This document shows positions 19,242 to 29,297 of a stretch of 64,000 bases of DNA, one piece after another (within the stretch, counting starts at the first letter, position 1; each line of letters begins with the position of its first letter). The notes beneath the pieces are model-generated. The model saw only the letters and a list, made by a program, of their open reading frames with translations. It made no database searches and was not told where the DNA came from. The translations under genes and the position numbers were made by a program. The DNA is from an uncultured virus (IMG/VR IMGVR_UViG_3300046530_000052) (lineage: Duplodnaviria > Heunggongvirae > Uroviricota > Caudoviricetes). Where the stretch lies: positions 62,001-126,000 of the IMG/VR virus record IMGVR_UViG_3300046530_000052, one strand, 5' to 3'.

Positions 19242-21482
19242 ATGAATGAGTTCGAATTTAACTTAACAGGTATAACGGATGCAGTCCGTTATAAATACGG
19301 GTGTGGTGAAAACCAACTTCATCCAGCGCTGATTGGTGTTAGCAGTAACTTAATTGTTTTCCCTATGTGTTCCTCTGCCGGTCGTATGTACATGGCCGGT
19401 AACATGATTCCCAAATCTGTTCCTACTGAAGGTGCAGGTGTTCGTTGGCTCATGAGTGGTAACGAACGTAAATACGGTAAGACTTCTCGTAAAGTAGAAG
19501 CGCCGAGCAACATGATCGTGGAAGAAGTGTTCAGTATCCAAAGTTTGGACCTGAGCAAGAACACAGACGCATGGCAGCCGACTCATATCGTTTATAAGAA
19601 CGACGAGAAGAACGCCTACGACCTGATGGATCTTCCGGCTTACCACACTCAGAACACCAGTGTGGGTTGGGAGTACGTTTACGACAAAGATGTACTGCGT
19701 AAACTGAAACCCGGTGCATGGTTACCGAAGGGTACGGTCTTTGCACAAAGTCCTCGTATTGACGAAGACGGCATCTGGCGATTCTCGATGCCGACTAAAG
19801 TGGCCGCCTATTCGGACCACCGGACGGAAGAGGACGGTATCGTCATCACCGAGTCGTTTGCTGAACGTTGCGCGTGTATGTTCAAACATATCCGCGGGTT
19901 CAACTGGAACGAGGATGAATACATTCCGTTGATGCTGTACGGGACTGAAGAGAATCCTTCTCCATTCCCTCAACCGGGTGAACCTATCCGTGAAGACGGT
20001 CTCGTGATGGGCTTCCGTAAACGTATTAAAGAGAATGCCTTGGTGAGTCTGACCAAGAAAGCTCTGCGTGAACCGGACCCAACTTACGACCACCTGCTTT
20101 ATGCTCCGCGTGACTGTGAAGTTACAGCGGTCCATGTTGAATCGGATCGTAGCAAGAACAAAGCCAACAACCGCAACACGACGTACATCCCGCAACGTCA
20201 TAACCAAATGCTGGATCGTTATGAGCGTAAGCGTAATGAGATGTGGGTGGCCGTGCTGAACTGGTACGAAGGCAAAGTTCGTATGAGTCGTAATGGCAAG
20301 ATCGCTATGACTCACCGCCTGAACACTTTTATCCGTGATGCTTACGGTAACTACACTGACCGTACTGGCCGTCCTAATCCACTGTTCCGTTCCATTAAGC
20401 GGGAGAAGTACAAGGATTGGAACGTTACCATTGAACTTAAGCAACGCATGACTGGTCGTGTGAAGTGGAAGTTGTCTGGTTTGAACGGTGACAAAGGTGT
20501 TGTGATCAGCATCATCCCCGATGACCATGCGCCGATGTATGCGGACGGTACTCGGGCAGAAGTGATCCTCAACAACATTCCGGCTTTCCGCCGGCAGATC
20601 TACGCGTTGTTGTTGGAGTTGAGTATCAACTTCTTGACCATGCACATCCATCGTGAAGTGCAGCACCTCCGTAAAGAAGGTGATTACCGTGGTGCCCACC
20701 GGATCCTGATGGAGTACTTCGAGCAGGGCTTCCCTGAGTTCGCTGAGATGTTCAAACTGGCGACCGAAGAAGAGTCCGATCTGATCGAGTACATTGATAA
20801 CGTGAGCAAGAAGAACATCTCTATTCACATTATCAGTAACTCCAAGCTGTTCGGGGTTAACTTGATCAACAAGCTGCGGGAGCGTTATAAGTACCAGCCG
20901 CAGAAAGCAACCTGGGTCAACTCGTTGGGCGAGAAGCAAGAGACTGCTAACCCGATCATGATCAGTATCCAAGACTTGATCCTTCTGGACAAGTTCGGTA
21001 GTGACATGAGTGCTCAGTGCATGCCCAAGTCTAACTTGTTCGGCATGCCAGCGAAGATGAGCGACAGTGACCGTTACAGCTTGCCGATGAACGATAAGGG
21101 TAACAAGAACACTGCTGAGACTGAAGGTCGTTGGGTAACCAGCCAGTCAGGTGGTCAAGAGGTTGTGAAGTTGTTTTCTTTGGCATACTCACCAGAGAAC
21201 CGCATCAGCGCAGTTCGTCGTTGGGTGCGCGCTAACGATACTCACAACATTCCTCAGATCATTAAGCCTGAAGAGTACGTGAATAACCGTGCGTTGAACA
21301 TGTCCGTCAGCATGATGAAAGACTCTGGGTTGGCTCTGCGTAATGAGTTGCCTAGTGACATCGTCAGCAACGAACACTTGCAAGGTTACAACGAAACCCG
21401 TTTGGGTGGATTCTTGGCTGAACTTAACGAGAAAGAAGCGGCACTCAAAAGCCAACAACAGGGTGGGCAAGTATCCTCATGA
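19242..21482 (+). CDS. non-virion RNA polymerase beta C-terminal subunit (phiKZ gp71-73-like)
   Basis: SSAGRMYMAGNM (RpoB RALMGANM-like), EEDGIVITES, KLSGLNGDKGVV (RpoB KMAGRHGNKG-like); uninterrupted. Confidence 0.9.
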   Translation: MNEFEFNLTGITDAVRYKYGCGENQLHPALIGVSSNLIVFPMCSSAGRMYMAGNMIPKSVPTEGAGVRWLMSGNERKYGKTSRKVEAPSNMIVEEVFSIQSLDLSKNTDAWQPTHIVYKNDEKNAYDLMDLPAYHTQNTSVGWEYVYDKDVLRKLKPGAWLPKGTVFAQSPRIDEDGIWRFSMPTKVAAYSDHRTEEDGIVITESFAERCACMFKHIRGFNWNEDEYIPLMLYGTEENPSPFPQPGEPIREDGLVMGFRKRIKENALVSLTKKALREPDPTYDHLLYAPRDCEVTAVHVESDRSKNKANNRNTTYIPQRHNQMLDRYERKRNEMWVAVLNWYEGKVRMSRNGKIAMTHRLNTFIRDAYGNYTDRTGRPNPLFRSIKREKYKDWNVTIELKQRMTGRVKWKLSGLNGDKGVVISIIPDDHAPMYADGTRAEVILNNIPAFRRQIYALLLELSINFLTMHIHREVQHLRKEGDYRGAHRILMEYFEQGFPEFAEMFKLATEEESDLIEYIDNVSKKNISIHIISNSKLFGVNLINKLRERYKYQPQKATWVNSLGEKQETANPIMISIQDLILLDKFGSDMSAQCMPKSNLFGMPAKMSDSDRYSLPMNDKGNKNTAETEGRWVTSQSGGQEVVKLFSLAYSPENRISAVRRWVRANDTHNIPQIIKPEEYVNNRALNMSVSMMKDSGLALRNELPSDIVSNEHLQGYNETRLGGFLAELNEKEAALKSQQQGGQVSS

Positions 21483-23494
21483 TGCAGTTTAGTCTTCGAG
21501 AGTTTGCGAACATTCCAGAAGAGATGATGTTGCGCTGGCGAGGTTATCGATGTCCGGTAACCGTAGTCGACGACGAAGGTGAGTCTGTTGAGTCTGACAC
21601 CTATGTGTTGATGTTGACGTGGTTGGGGTTGATTATCCATCGACACTACAACCACATCCCTTATTCGATTAAGGAGTTGATCCCCTCGAATAAGGTGGCT
21701 GGTAATACAGACAAGATGATCACCTACGACGACGACGTCCAGACCGTCCCCATTAACTACATGCTCGCCAAGCTGCTCCCAACTATTAAAAGCTTGGCAG
21801 AAATTGATGACATCAAGCGGATGATCCACATCTGGCAGAACAAGCTCCATAACTTATCCGTAGTGATGGGTGAAGGTTCTTCGCTGTCAGCCTCTGCTGA
21901 GTCCGTGGGTGATCTCATGGCCGATGATGGGGTAATGGAGATCCGTGATCAGATCCTCGAGAAGAAGATCTCGATCGATGAAGGTGAAGATAAGTTCAAC
22001 CACCACATCAAGTCGGCAGAAACCTTGGACCGTAACGTCATGGCCATGCTGGCTCGGACTGGCGGTGTAAGTGTGAACCAGGCGTATCAACTGTCCGTGA
22101 TGCGGGGTGGGGTGTTCAGCTTGAACAACACCATTCACCCCAATGCGGTCTCTGTACCGTACGCTCACGGCATTACTAACTTGGCGGATTCGCTGGGTGA
22201 GAAGAATGCGTCTGGTAAAGCTCTAACCAACAACGGTAAAGCGTTGAAGGACTCGGAGCTGTTTCACCGTAAGACCCACATCCTGACTGCTGTTGTGCGT
22301 GGCATGAGCTTCGGTTGGGATTGTGGTACTCGGATCGCTGTTCCTGTCAAGATTGCCAGCATGAACGTTGCCATGGGGCTGCGCGGCAAGTGGCAACAAA
22401 TGCCTGCCGGCAATCTCCAGCTTATTGACAACGATAATGTCTGGGACATCAAGGTTGGGGAAACGGTCTACATTCGTTCGGTTGCGTTCTGTAATAGTCG
22501 CGACGCTGGTGTTCCGTGTGGAACATGTTACGGGATGATGGCGACGTCAATCCCGTTTAACCAGATGATGGACAAGATTGCTAACGTGGGCATGTGGTCA
22601 GCAACCTCTATCTGTAACCCGATGGGTCAGGGGATGCTTTCTACTAAACACTTTATCCGAAATGCAATTACACGGCAGTTCGTCCCGCACAAGCGCGACA
22701 CGAATATCATTTCCAGTAATGGCGATGAGATCTTCTTGAATCCTGAGGTCATTGAACCTGGCTGTGACATGGTCTTGGGAGCAGATATTGTTAACGTCCT
22801 TTCGGATATCCGAAGCTTGGGTGACCTTAACGCCGTTAGTCTGGAGAAACTGCCGTATTTCGCTGAAGTGACTTTCCGTTATGCAGTTGAAGATATCATG
22901 ATGGGCGGTAAAACGATTCAGCAACACGCTGCCCATACATCGATCTCCTCTCGTAAAGCGCGGTTCTCGTTGGAATTCCTCCGTTATGTGTTGGACTACG
23001 GTTGGGAGACTCTCGGGAAGAAGCATGTCAAGATCGACCTGAGCCATTGGAATGTAATGGAGCCTGTGTTTAGTCTGCCATTCATCCGGGAAGACTTGGA
23101 TGCTCACCGTGCTCGTGTTGAGAGCTTCATCACCTTTAGCAAGCGTAACTCTACGTGGAAAAATCAGGTAGTCACTCCGAAGATCTTTGGTGAGGTGCTA
23201 ACTGAGTACTGGACACTCATTGCTCAGGAAATTAAAGGTATTAACGTCGTACACCCAGAGTTGATGCTGTACAGCTGTCTGACAGCGACTCCAGGGGGTA
23301 TTGACGCATCGATCCCAATGGGCGATGTGCCTAAGTACTTCTCCAGTTTCGAAGAGGCTGTAATCGGTCGAGGTATTGGCCACCTGATGATCTACGAGCG
23401 ACAGCAGAACGTACTGAACAAGATGAAAACTTTCCGGATGGTCAACCGTCAAGGTAGTCCGTTGGAGGCTTTCTTCGCACTGGGTGTTGGTTAA
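21479..23494 (+). CDS. non-virion RNA polymerase beta' C-terminal subunit (phiKZ gp74-like)
   Basis: Bridge-helix-like KALKDSELFHRK, DCGT, Zn site CNS...CGTCYG, trigger-loop-like PMGQGMLSTKH. Confidence 0.9.
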   Translation: MMQFSLREFANIPEEMMLRWRGYRCPVTVVDDEGESVESDTYVLMLTWLGLIIHRHYNHIPYSIKELIPSNKVAGNTDKMITYDDDVQTVPINYMLAKLLPTIKSLAEIDDIKRMIHIWQNKLHNLSVVMGEGSSLSASAESVGDLMADDGVMEIRDQILEKKISIDEGEDKFNHHIKSAETLDRNVMAMLARTGGVSVNQAYQLSVMRGGVFSLNNTIHPNAVSVPYAHGITNLADSLGEKNASGKALTNNGKALKDSELFHRKTHILTAVVRGMSFGWDCGTRIAVPVKIASMNVAMGLRGKWQQMPAGNLQLIDNDNVWDIKVGETVYIRSVAFCNSRDAGVPCGTCYGMMATSIPFNQMMDKIANVGMWSATSICNPMGQGMLSTKHFIRNAITRQFVPHKRDTNIISSNGDEIFLNPEVIEPGCDMVLGADIVNVLSDIRSLGDLNAVSLEKLPYFAEVTFRYAVEDIMMGGKTIQQHAAHTSISSRKARFSLEFLRYVLDYGWETLGKKHVKIDLSHWNVMEPVFSLPFIREDLDAHRARVESFITFSKRNSTWKNQVVTPKIFGEVLTEYWTLIAQEIKGINVVHPELMLYSCLTATPGGIDASIPMGDVPKYFSSFEEAVIGRGIGHLMIYERQQNVLNKMKTFRMVNRQGSPLEAFFALGVG

Positions 23495-23524
23495 CCCTTT
23501 AGTTTAGCGGCTGCTTAACCGGAC

Positions 23525-23545
23525 GGGGGTCCCGAAAGGGCCCCC
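23525..23545 (+). terminator. GNRA-loop hairpin (terminator or stability element)
   Basis: GGGGGTCCC-GAAA-GGGCCCCC; no clear U tract. Confidence 0.5.
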
Positions 23546-23568
23546 TCCTACCGACTTAAGAGGTCGTT

Positions 23569-25095
23569 ATGCGTACAACAGTCACGATCAGTAAGGCGTA
23601 TCATTACTTAAGGATATTTGATTACCACCCGGATTTCGTTAATAACGTTATAAAACCGTTTTGCCGTATGCACATGTACCAGATGGGGATGAAGCCTAAC
23701 GCCCAAACCCGTCAGATGGAACGCGTGCTGGATCACGTATTTGCGAGATCTAACCACGACAAGACAGAGTATCGTTTCTCAGTTAACTTACTGCAACAGT
23801 TCTTGGACTTTGCAGTGTACCGCGGTTACGATCGTTCTCGGATTACAATCATCGACGAACCGATCATTGAACCTGTCAGGGTAGACTTTACCTTTCAGGA
23901 AGGATACGAAACACCACGACCGGGTCAGGTGGAATGGACTGACTACATGTTGAGCGAAGGTTACCTTAAGGTAAACAACGACAACACAGGTGGTGGTAAA
24001 GGTTACATGTCCATCTATGCGATGGCTAAGCGGGGGATGCGAACTGTTATCACCATGCAGCCGCGCTACATTCCGATCTGGAAAGGGGAGCTACACAAGT
24101 TCCTTAAACTGGATCCTGGTGATTTGCTTGTTTGGGAACACCCATTACCGAAGTTAGTAGAAGCTTTTAATAACGGTACGGTTAATCCTAAGATTGTTAT
24201 CTTGCCAATGTCCCGGATCGAACCCTTCTTAAGGAAGAAAGAGATTCCAGACCCTGTAGACCTTGATGATGTATTCAAGGCTATCAGGCCGGGGACGCGC
24301 ATTATTGAAGAAGGGCACGAGGCTATTCACCAAGTGTTCTCCTCTTTGATGTACGGCAACCTGTTGATGACGTATGTACTGTCAGCAACGTTGAAGTCCG
24401 ATGATGCGTTTGTTAACCGTGTCTATGAGTGGCTGTTCCCTGTCTCTGAGCGTCTGAGAGAAGCGAACGACCAGAACTACATCGATACCGTTGCTCTCTT
24501 GTACAAAATCAACCTGCGCAAGCACAAGGTCAAGTATGAGAGGTATGGGGCCTACGATGACAAGGTATTTGAAGAAAGTATCTTGGCGTCTAAGGAGATG
24601 ACGGACTTCTTCTTCGAGCTATGGGATAAAGCGTTCCAAGAGTGGTACATACCGTTCAGAGAGGAGGGAACGAAAGCCTTGTTCTTCTTCTCCCGGAAGC
24701 AGATGTGTAAAGAGATGCGCAAACGTTTCCTAAAGAAATATCCAGGATGGGATATGGAGACGTTCTTGGCTAGTGAAGAGAAGGACAAAGAGAAGTACAA
24801 GAAGCATGAAATACTCTTCACGACGCAGGGTAGCTGCGGTACCGGTAAAGATATTCCGGGACTGATCCGTGTATTCTGTAGCCATACCGTGTTTTCTACA
24901 CAAACCAACCGTCAGATGATCGGTCGTCTACGCGAAATCTTCAGGATGTTCGGCGGGCTCATTACCCCTATGTTCATCTTTGGTGTCTGCGTTGACATCG
25001 ATAAACATCTGTCGTGTATGGATAAACGTAAAACTGCTTTCGCGGCTAAGTCCAAGTCGTTCAAGCGGATGAACCTGGATTGCGCTCTGGAGTAA
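23569..25095 (+). CDS. superfamily 2 helicase (phiKZ gp75-like)
   Basis: Walker A TGGGKG, Walker B-like IIEEGH, motif III LSAT, motif V GTGKDIPGL, motif VI QMIGRLR. Confidence 0.88.
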   Translation: MRTTVTISKAYHYLRIFDYHPDFVNNVIKPFCRMHMYQMGMKPNAQTRQMERVLDHVFARSNHDKTEYRFSVNLLQQFLDFAVYRGYDRSRITIIDEPIIEPVRVDFTFQEGYETPRPGQVEWTDYMLSEGYLKVNNDNTGGGKGYMSIYAMAKRGMRTVITMQPRYIPIWKGELHKFLKLDPGDLLVWEHPLPKLVEAFNNGTVNPKIVILPMSRIEPFLRKKEIPDPVDLDDVFKAIRPGTRIIEEGHEAIHQVFSSLMYGNLLMTYVLSATLKSDDAFVNRVYEWLFPVSERLREANDQNYIDTVALLYKINLRKHKVKYERYGAYDDKVFEESILASKEMTDFFFELWDKAFQEWYIPFREEGTKALFFFSRKQMCKEMRKRFLKKYPGWDMETFLASEEKDKEKYKKHEILFTTQGSCGTGKDIPGLIRVFCSHTVFSTQTNRQMIGRLREIFRMFGGLITPMFIFGVCVDIDKHLSCMDKRKTAFAAKSKSFKRMNLDCALE

Positions 25096-25119
25096 GTTCA
25101 GAGCGCGTCCTTCCTTTTG
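25082..25119 (+). terminator. hairpin overlapping the helicase stop codon
   Basis: GCGCTCTGGA-loop-TTCAGAGCGC followed by a pyrimidine tract. Confidence 0.5.
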
Positions 25120-25131
25120 TGGGTGATCAAC

Positions 25132-25587
25132 ATGCTACCTCACTTAACCAGCCAAACACTGGTACTGTTAAAAACCGGCTGCAACGGGGTAAATTCAGTC
25201 CTCGGTGAAATCGGTGTTATTAAGTGCCTAGAGGATTACCTCAAGTACACCCGAACTGGTAATGCTGTTTGTGCCATTGCGGGCGAAGAGTTGGTGTGGA
25301 AAGATCCGGAGTTCGTTGAAGATTTTGTCGACAGTCATCTCTTTGATAAAGACGGTGTACCGCTGTTGTCGACATGCGGAGAGGAATTTCACGCTGCATT
25401 AAACGATCCAACCAATGCCAAGATCGGTTACGAGATGGAGATCTTTGATTCAGTCGAAGGACTCTTCATCAGCAATCAATCCGTGTTGGGGGATCTCGCC
25501 GCTAATTATTGCATCGAGAACTGGGAAGTTGTTCGTCAACTCCCGGGACTAATGGTTCTGTCTGTTAAGGGAGCTAAAGTCAAATAG
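25132..25587 (+). CDS. hypothetical protein
   Basis: ORF 25117..25587; GGGTG before ATG 25132. Confidence 0.65.
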   Translation: MLPHLTSQTLVLLKTGCNGVNSVLGEIGVIKCLEDYLKYTRTGNAVCAIAGEELVWKDPEFVEDFVDSHLFDKDGVPLLSTCGEEFHAALNDPTNAKIGYEMEIFDSVEGLFISNQSVLGDLAANYCIENWEVVRQLPGLMVLSVKGAKVK

Positions 25588-25616
25588 ACAACAATAGGTA
25601 CGTCACTAACCAGCCG

Positions 25617-26426
25617 GTGTTTCTGGAATACAGAAGCAATATTGAATGGGACTCTGTTATCCAAGAGATTATGGAAGAGATCCTTGACAATGCATTTCGT
25701 TATGGCGATGGATTTGGAGGCTTTAGTCTATTCGGGGGTACTCCTAGTTGGGCTAACCCTGTTTGGATAGAAGACCGAGTTCGTGGCCTGTTGTTTGACG
25801 AAGACGGTTGGCCTCGCCGGAGTGTCGATGATGGTGAGTATTGGGAGTTCCTTAGGGCTCCTAAGACTGTGGTGAATAGGTACACCGCAATCATCACCGA
25901 TATCACGGAGAGACTTATTGTCGACAATGCGCTTCTGCTTAATTCCCTGTATTCACGCTATCTAGTAGAGAGCACAGAATACACCAGAACCGTTCGAAAC
26001 CACATCATAATCAAGCTCACTGGGTGGGACAAAATGGCTAAGCAATCTTTTGCACCAGTTCCGAAGAACGTGAAATCCGTTATCATCAGACTCCCGAGCT
26101 CGCCGACGGACAATGTTGACAAACAGTTCATGTTACGACTGCTGGTGGTCGAGCGCATTCGTGCGTACATCGACGTGCTGGATTTTAAAGCACTCCAGGA
26201 GGAACTCCTCCAAAAACGTATTACCATTCCGGTGTACTACGAAACGGACGAACAAAAGAAAGACTACTTCGAGTCGGAGGCGATGGAGATCAGAAGTCTC
26301 TACGACCGTATCGAGCTGGATCCTTTGTTCAAAGAAGACTTCATGTCCCTCAAACCCTACCAAGGCCACAAGTGGGACCTCAAGTCCACCACTGAACACG
26401 CCATCCTCCTGTCTATCGAGGTTTAA
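25617..26426 (+). CDS. hypothetical two-part protein (start may be ATA 25584; internal start at 26034)
   Basis: 269-aa ORF whose two halves each end in a beta-strand (HIIIKLTG; HAILLSIEV). Confidence 0.6.
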   Translation: MFLEYRSNIEWDSVIQEIMEEILDNAFRYGDGFGGFSLFGGTPSWANPVWIEDRVRGLLFDEDGWPRRSVDDGEYWEFLRAPKTVVNRYTAIITDITERLIVDNALLLNSLYSRYLVESTEYTRTVRNHIIIKLTGWDKMAKQSFAPVPKNVKSVIIRLPSSPTDNVDKQFMLRLLVVERIRAYIDVLDFKALQEELLQKRITIPVYYETDEQKKDYFESEAMEIRSLYDRIELDPLFKEDFMSLKPYQGHKWDLKSTTEHAILLSIEV

Positions 26427-26427
26427 T

Positions 26428-26991
26428 GTGGAATTCCTTATTGTCAAGCTGGACCCGGATACTCGTGATGAACTGTATTCGGACATCAACCCCAATCTCG
26501 TTGACTTCGTTCTGCTGGAAGCCATCACCCTCGCCGGTAAAGAGATGATCAACAACCCTGATGCCATGATCGAAGCCTCAGGTGATGAAGTCTATCACCT
26601 GAACGATCCTGACATCGACATGGAAGACAGTATCCGCGCAATCCTCGACGTGATGGTGGAAACCGACAAACTCGCCGGCGTCGACACCACTGCTGAAGGT
26701 TACGACATCGAAGAGAAGTACCCGTTCATTTCGGACAAACTGGTACTGGCGCTGTCGTCGATCACCTTTGCTAACAAAGTTGGCGAAGTGATCATGTTCC
26801 ACAACGTTATCTCTAATCCGAAGTTTGCCCAAGGCGTACACGTCAAAGGCACTCACCTGGGTAACGTCGCTACACTGTCGTTGACACCACTGGCTGAAGC
26901 TGCTCAAGCGGCGGTTGCGGTATCGAAAGCGGTAGAGATGGTCAAAGAGCAACTCATCAATGACCTGAACTCCCACATCAAGAAAGGCTGA
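26428..26991 (+). CDS. acidic hypothetical protein
   Basis: Likely start GTG 26428 with GAGGT RBS; the longer 26113 ORF overlaps the previous gene. Confidence 0.7.
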   Translation: MEFLIVKLDPDTRDELYSDINPNLVDFVLLEAITLAGKEMINNPDAMIEASGDEVYHLNDPDIDMEDSIRAILDVMVETDKLAGVDTTAEGYDIEEKYPFISDKLVLALSSITFANKVGEVIMFHNVISNPKFAQGVHVKGTHLGNVATLSLTPLAEAAQAAVAVSKAVEMVKEQLINDLNSHIKKG

Positions 26992-27007
26992 CACCCCCCA
27001 CTTAATA

Positions 27008-27059
27008 CCCTCCTAGCCCCGTCAAGGGCTAGGAGGGGTTAGGACCTTTCTTTTTTTTC
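27008..27059. terminator. terminator between convergent genes
   Basis: CCCTCCTAGCCC-loop-GGGCTAGGAGGG followed by a T tract. Confidence 0.8.
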
Positions 27060-28363
27060 TATTTCAATGCGATATCAAGGTCAAGGATCGACGTCTTGCT
27101 ACCAGCGGTGTGAGCGGCCTTCATACGTTGCAACATCATTCGGGTAGGGATCAACACGATCTCGGAGCTAAGACGTTCTCCGTAAGCTCCTAGGCCTATC
27201 CCGCAGCAGATCTGGCAATACTCACCATCAACCAAGATACAACGGTTGGTAACACGGACTTGAGTAGGCTTACCTACCAGACTGTCCACGTTCTCCTTGG
27301 TAATCAGGGTAGTTGCTTTGTTGATAGACGCATAAACACCAATCCAGTACTTCTTGTTGGACTTGGCGATCAACACTGTCTCAGTAGAAGGACTACCGCA
27401 ATCAGGAGTGGTCATGGAAACCACTGCACGACCGATCAGGCGCAGAGTTTCCTTAACCTGACTACCACCTTCACCTGTTGCCATGGAACGGCTGTACGAG
27501 CCTGCTACGGCGGTGTTGATGTACGCAGCCAGATGAGTAACGTCCCAGCCTTCATCCAGAGACTGAGTAAGCGCAACCCATCCATCCCCAGTGTCATTCG
27601 GCTCAATACCGAATGCAATGAACATCCGCTTCCGGCTGTTATCGATGAACTTCTTGTTAATGAAGAATTTCTTACTGGGTCCTTCCAGCATCTTCTTCAT
27701 GTCCAGTGCTACAACCTGGTCCACGATGGTGGTGAAGACAACCGGGTCATTCAGTTCGTGAGCATGCTCTTTGAAGAGACGATCACGAAGCGCAATAACT
27801 TCAGGGTCTACTGTCAGGGCATCCAGACCGCCCGGCTTGATGTAGTGGGTACCCAAGCCTTCAAGGAAGTTACAGTTGTGGGTGAACATGAGACATTCAT
27901 CCACAGAGGCTTTGCCCTGAGGAACTGTTTCACCCTGTTTAGGGTTGTCAACCATGATCTCCCGGAAGAGGTCTTCAAAGAACCCTTTGGTAAACTCACG
28001 GTTAACGTATTCAACAGTACCCTTGAACGGCTCCCAGATCAGGATGATGTTGAAGATGAACAACCCGAAGGTGGTCTTAACCGGTTTACCTTTCAGGATA
28101 GGGTGGAAGTCACCCGGCAGTTCTAGCAACTCATCCATGTAGAAGAGAGGTTCATTGACGTTACCCCCTTCAACCCGAACAGGCATGCCATCGATAAGGG
28201 TCCAGTGATAACCTTTCTCGATATAGACCGCATGAGGTTCCAGTTTGAACAGTTCAGACGAATCAGGGTCTTCGAACTGAATAGTGATCAGGGACTGGAT
28301 ACTGCCCTTGCTGTCGTAACCGTCATTGGTAATAAAGTGCTTGAGGTATTCGAGCTTATTCAC
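27059..28363 (-). CDS. virion RNA polymerase beta' C-terminal subunit (phiKZ gp80-like)
   Basis: SLDEGW, bridge-helix-like GSYSRSMATGEGG, DCGS, C...CQICCG Zn site; 434 aa. Confidence 0.85.
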   Translation of the reverse strand: MNKLEYLKHFITNDGYDSKGSIQSLITIQFEDPDSSELFKLEPHAVYIEKGYHWTLIDGMPVRVEGGNVNEPLFYMDELLELPGDFHPILKGKPVKTTFGLFIFNIILIWEPFKGTVEYVNREFTKGFFEDLFREIMVDNPKQGETVPQGKASVDECLMFTHNCNFLEGLGTHYIKPGGLDALTVDPEVIALRDRLFKEHAHELNDPVVFTTIVDQVVALDMKKMLEGPSKKFFINKKFIDNSRKRMFIAFGIEPNDTGDGWVALTQSLDEGWDVTHLAAYINTAVAGSYSRSMATGEGGSQVKETLRLIGRAVVSMTTPDCGSPSTETVLIAKSNKKYWIGVYASINKATTLITKENVDSLVGKPTQVRVTNRCILVDGEYCQICCGIGLGAYGERLSSEIVLIPTRMMLQRMKAAHTAGSKTSILDLDIALK

Positions 28364-29258
28364 TGATGATTACCCCTTCAATCATTTCTTCTATTCTGGT
28401 GATCGAGGTAATGTCTTCAATCACACTGTACAGATACTGAGAGACCTTCTCTTTCAGCCAATGGTCGTTGATCTCGGAGATAAGGTAGAAACACAACACT
28501 TCCTTGGCGTACGCAAGGTTAGCTTCCACGGTATTAACCGCTAGGAGCTCCTCTAGGTAGTCTTTAAAGAAGTTTAGGTACGTTGGCATAGTGCCACCAG
28601 CCTGACCGTTGTTAATCAAGTGGTCGTACGCCTTAGTGCCTTCCAGAAACGCTTTGTTAGCTATCACCCGGTTAACAATGTTATCTGGAGTGTTGGCCAT
28701 CTCCTCGGGACTGAAGAGAGTATCCTTAATAGCTTTCAACGTTACTTCGGAAATGTCTTCGATCATGCACTCGTATTCCGACAGATCCTCATCTTCACCC
28801 CATAACTTCTGCATAGCCTGAAGGAGACGATTGACCGGCGGAATGTCCATGCATTCTAAAAGGGACTTCAGCCCGATGAGATCTTGATAGTCTTGGAGAC
28901 TCAAGAAGAAGTCCAGCAGTTTGCTCAACTCCTTGAGCTTGTCCTCACCAACCACGTCTTGATTGAGGGTAACTCCCATTTCAGTCAGCAGATTAATTGT
29001 ATTGACTGTCAACATTACAAAGACAGCCTGCTTCTTGACCGGCATGTCCAGGTCAGTGTTAGCAAGCACGTCAGCAATCTGGCTAGGGAGAACCGAGTTC
29101 TCATCCGACAGCATAATTAAATTAAACGCGTTATCCAATATTTTAGCCTGTAGAGGCGGGATAGCGCTGCGGAACGTAAACCACATCCCACCGACCATAG
29201 TGTCGGCGAGGTTACCTTCCTCGTTCAAGTCTACTGATTCTTCGACATCGATAAGCAT
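28356..29258 (-). CDS. conserved protein co-transcribed with the vRNAP subunit (phiKZ gp79-like, putative virion protein)
   Basis: 300-aa acidic helical ORF overlapping the vRNAP start; GAGGG RBS. Confidence 0.7.
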   Translation of the reverse strand: MLIDVEESVDLNEEGNLADTMVGGMWFTFRSAIPPLQAKILDNAFNLIMLSDENSVLPSQIADVLANTDLDMPVKKQAVFVMLTVNTINLLTEMGVTLNQDVVGEDKLKELSKLLDFFLSLQDYQDLIGLKSLLECMDIPPVNRLLQAMQKLWGEDEDLSEYECMIEDISEVTLKAIKDTLFSPEEMANTPDNIVNRVIANKAFLEGTKAYDHLINNGQAGGTMPTYLNFFKDYLEELLAVNTVEANLAYAKEVLCFYLISEINDHWLKEKVSQYLYSVIEDITSITRIEEMIEGVIISE

Positions 29259-29297
29259 CGATTAACCCTCTGTTTAATTCAAGGAAGCTATAGCATC

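Noticed and set aside
26113..26427. N-terminal extension of the 26113..26991 ORF, a possible frameshift or overlap
   Set aside because: The extension is S/R/T-rich off-frame sequence over another gene; GTG 26428 has a good RBS, so no recoding is needed
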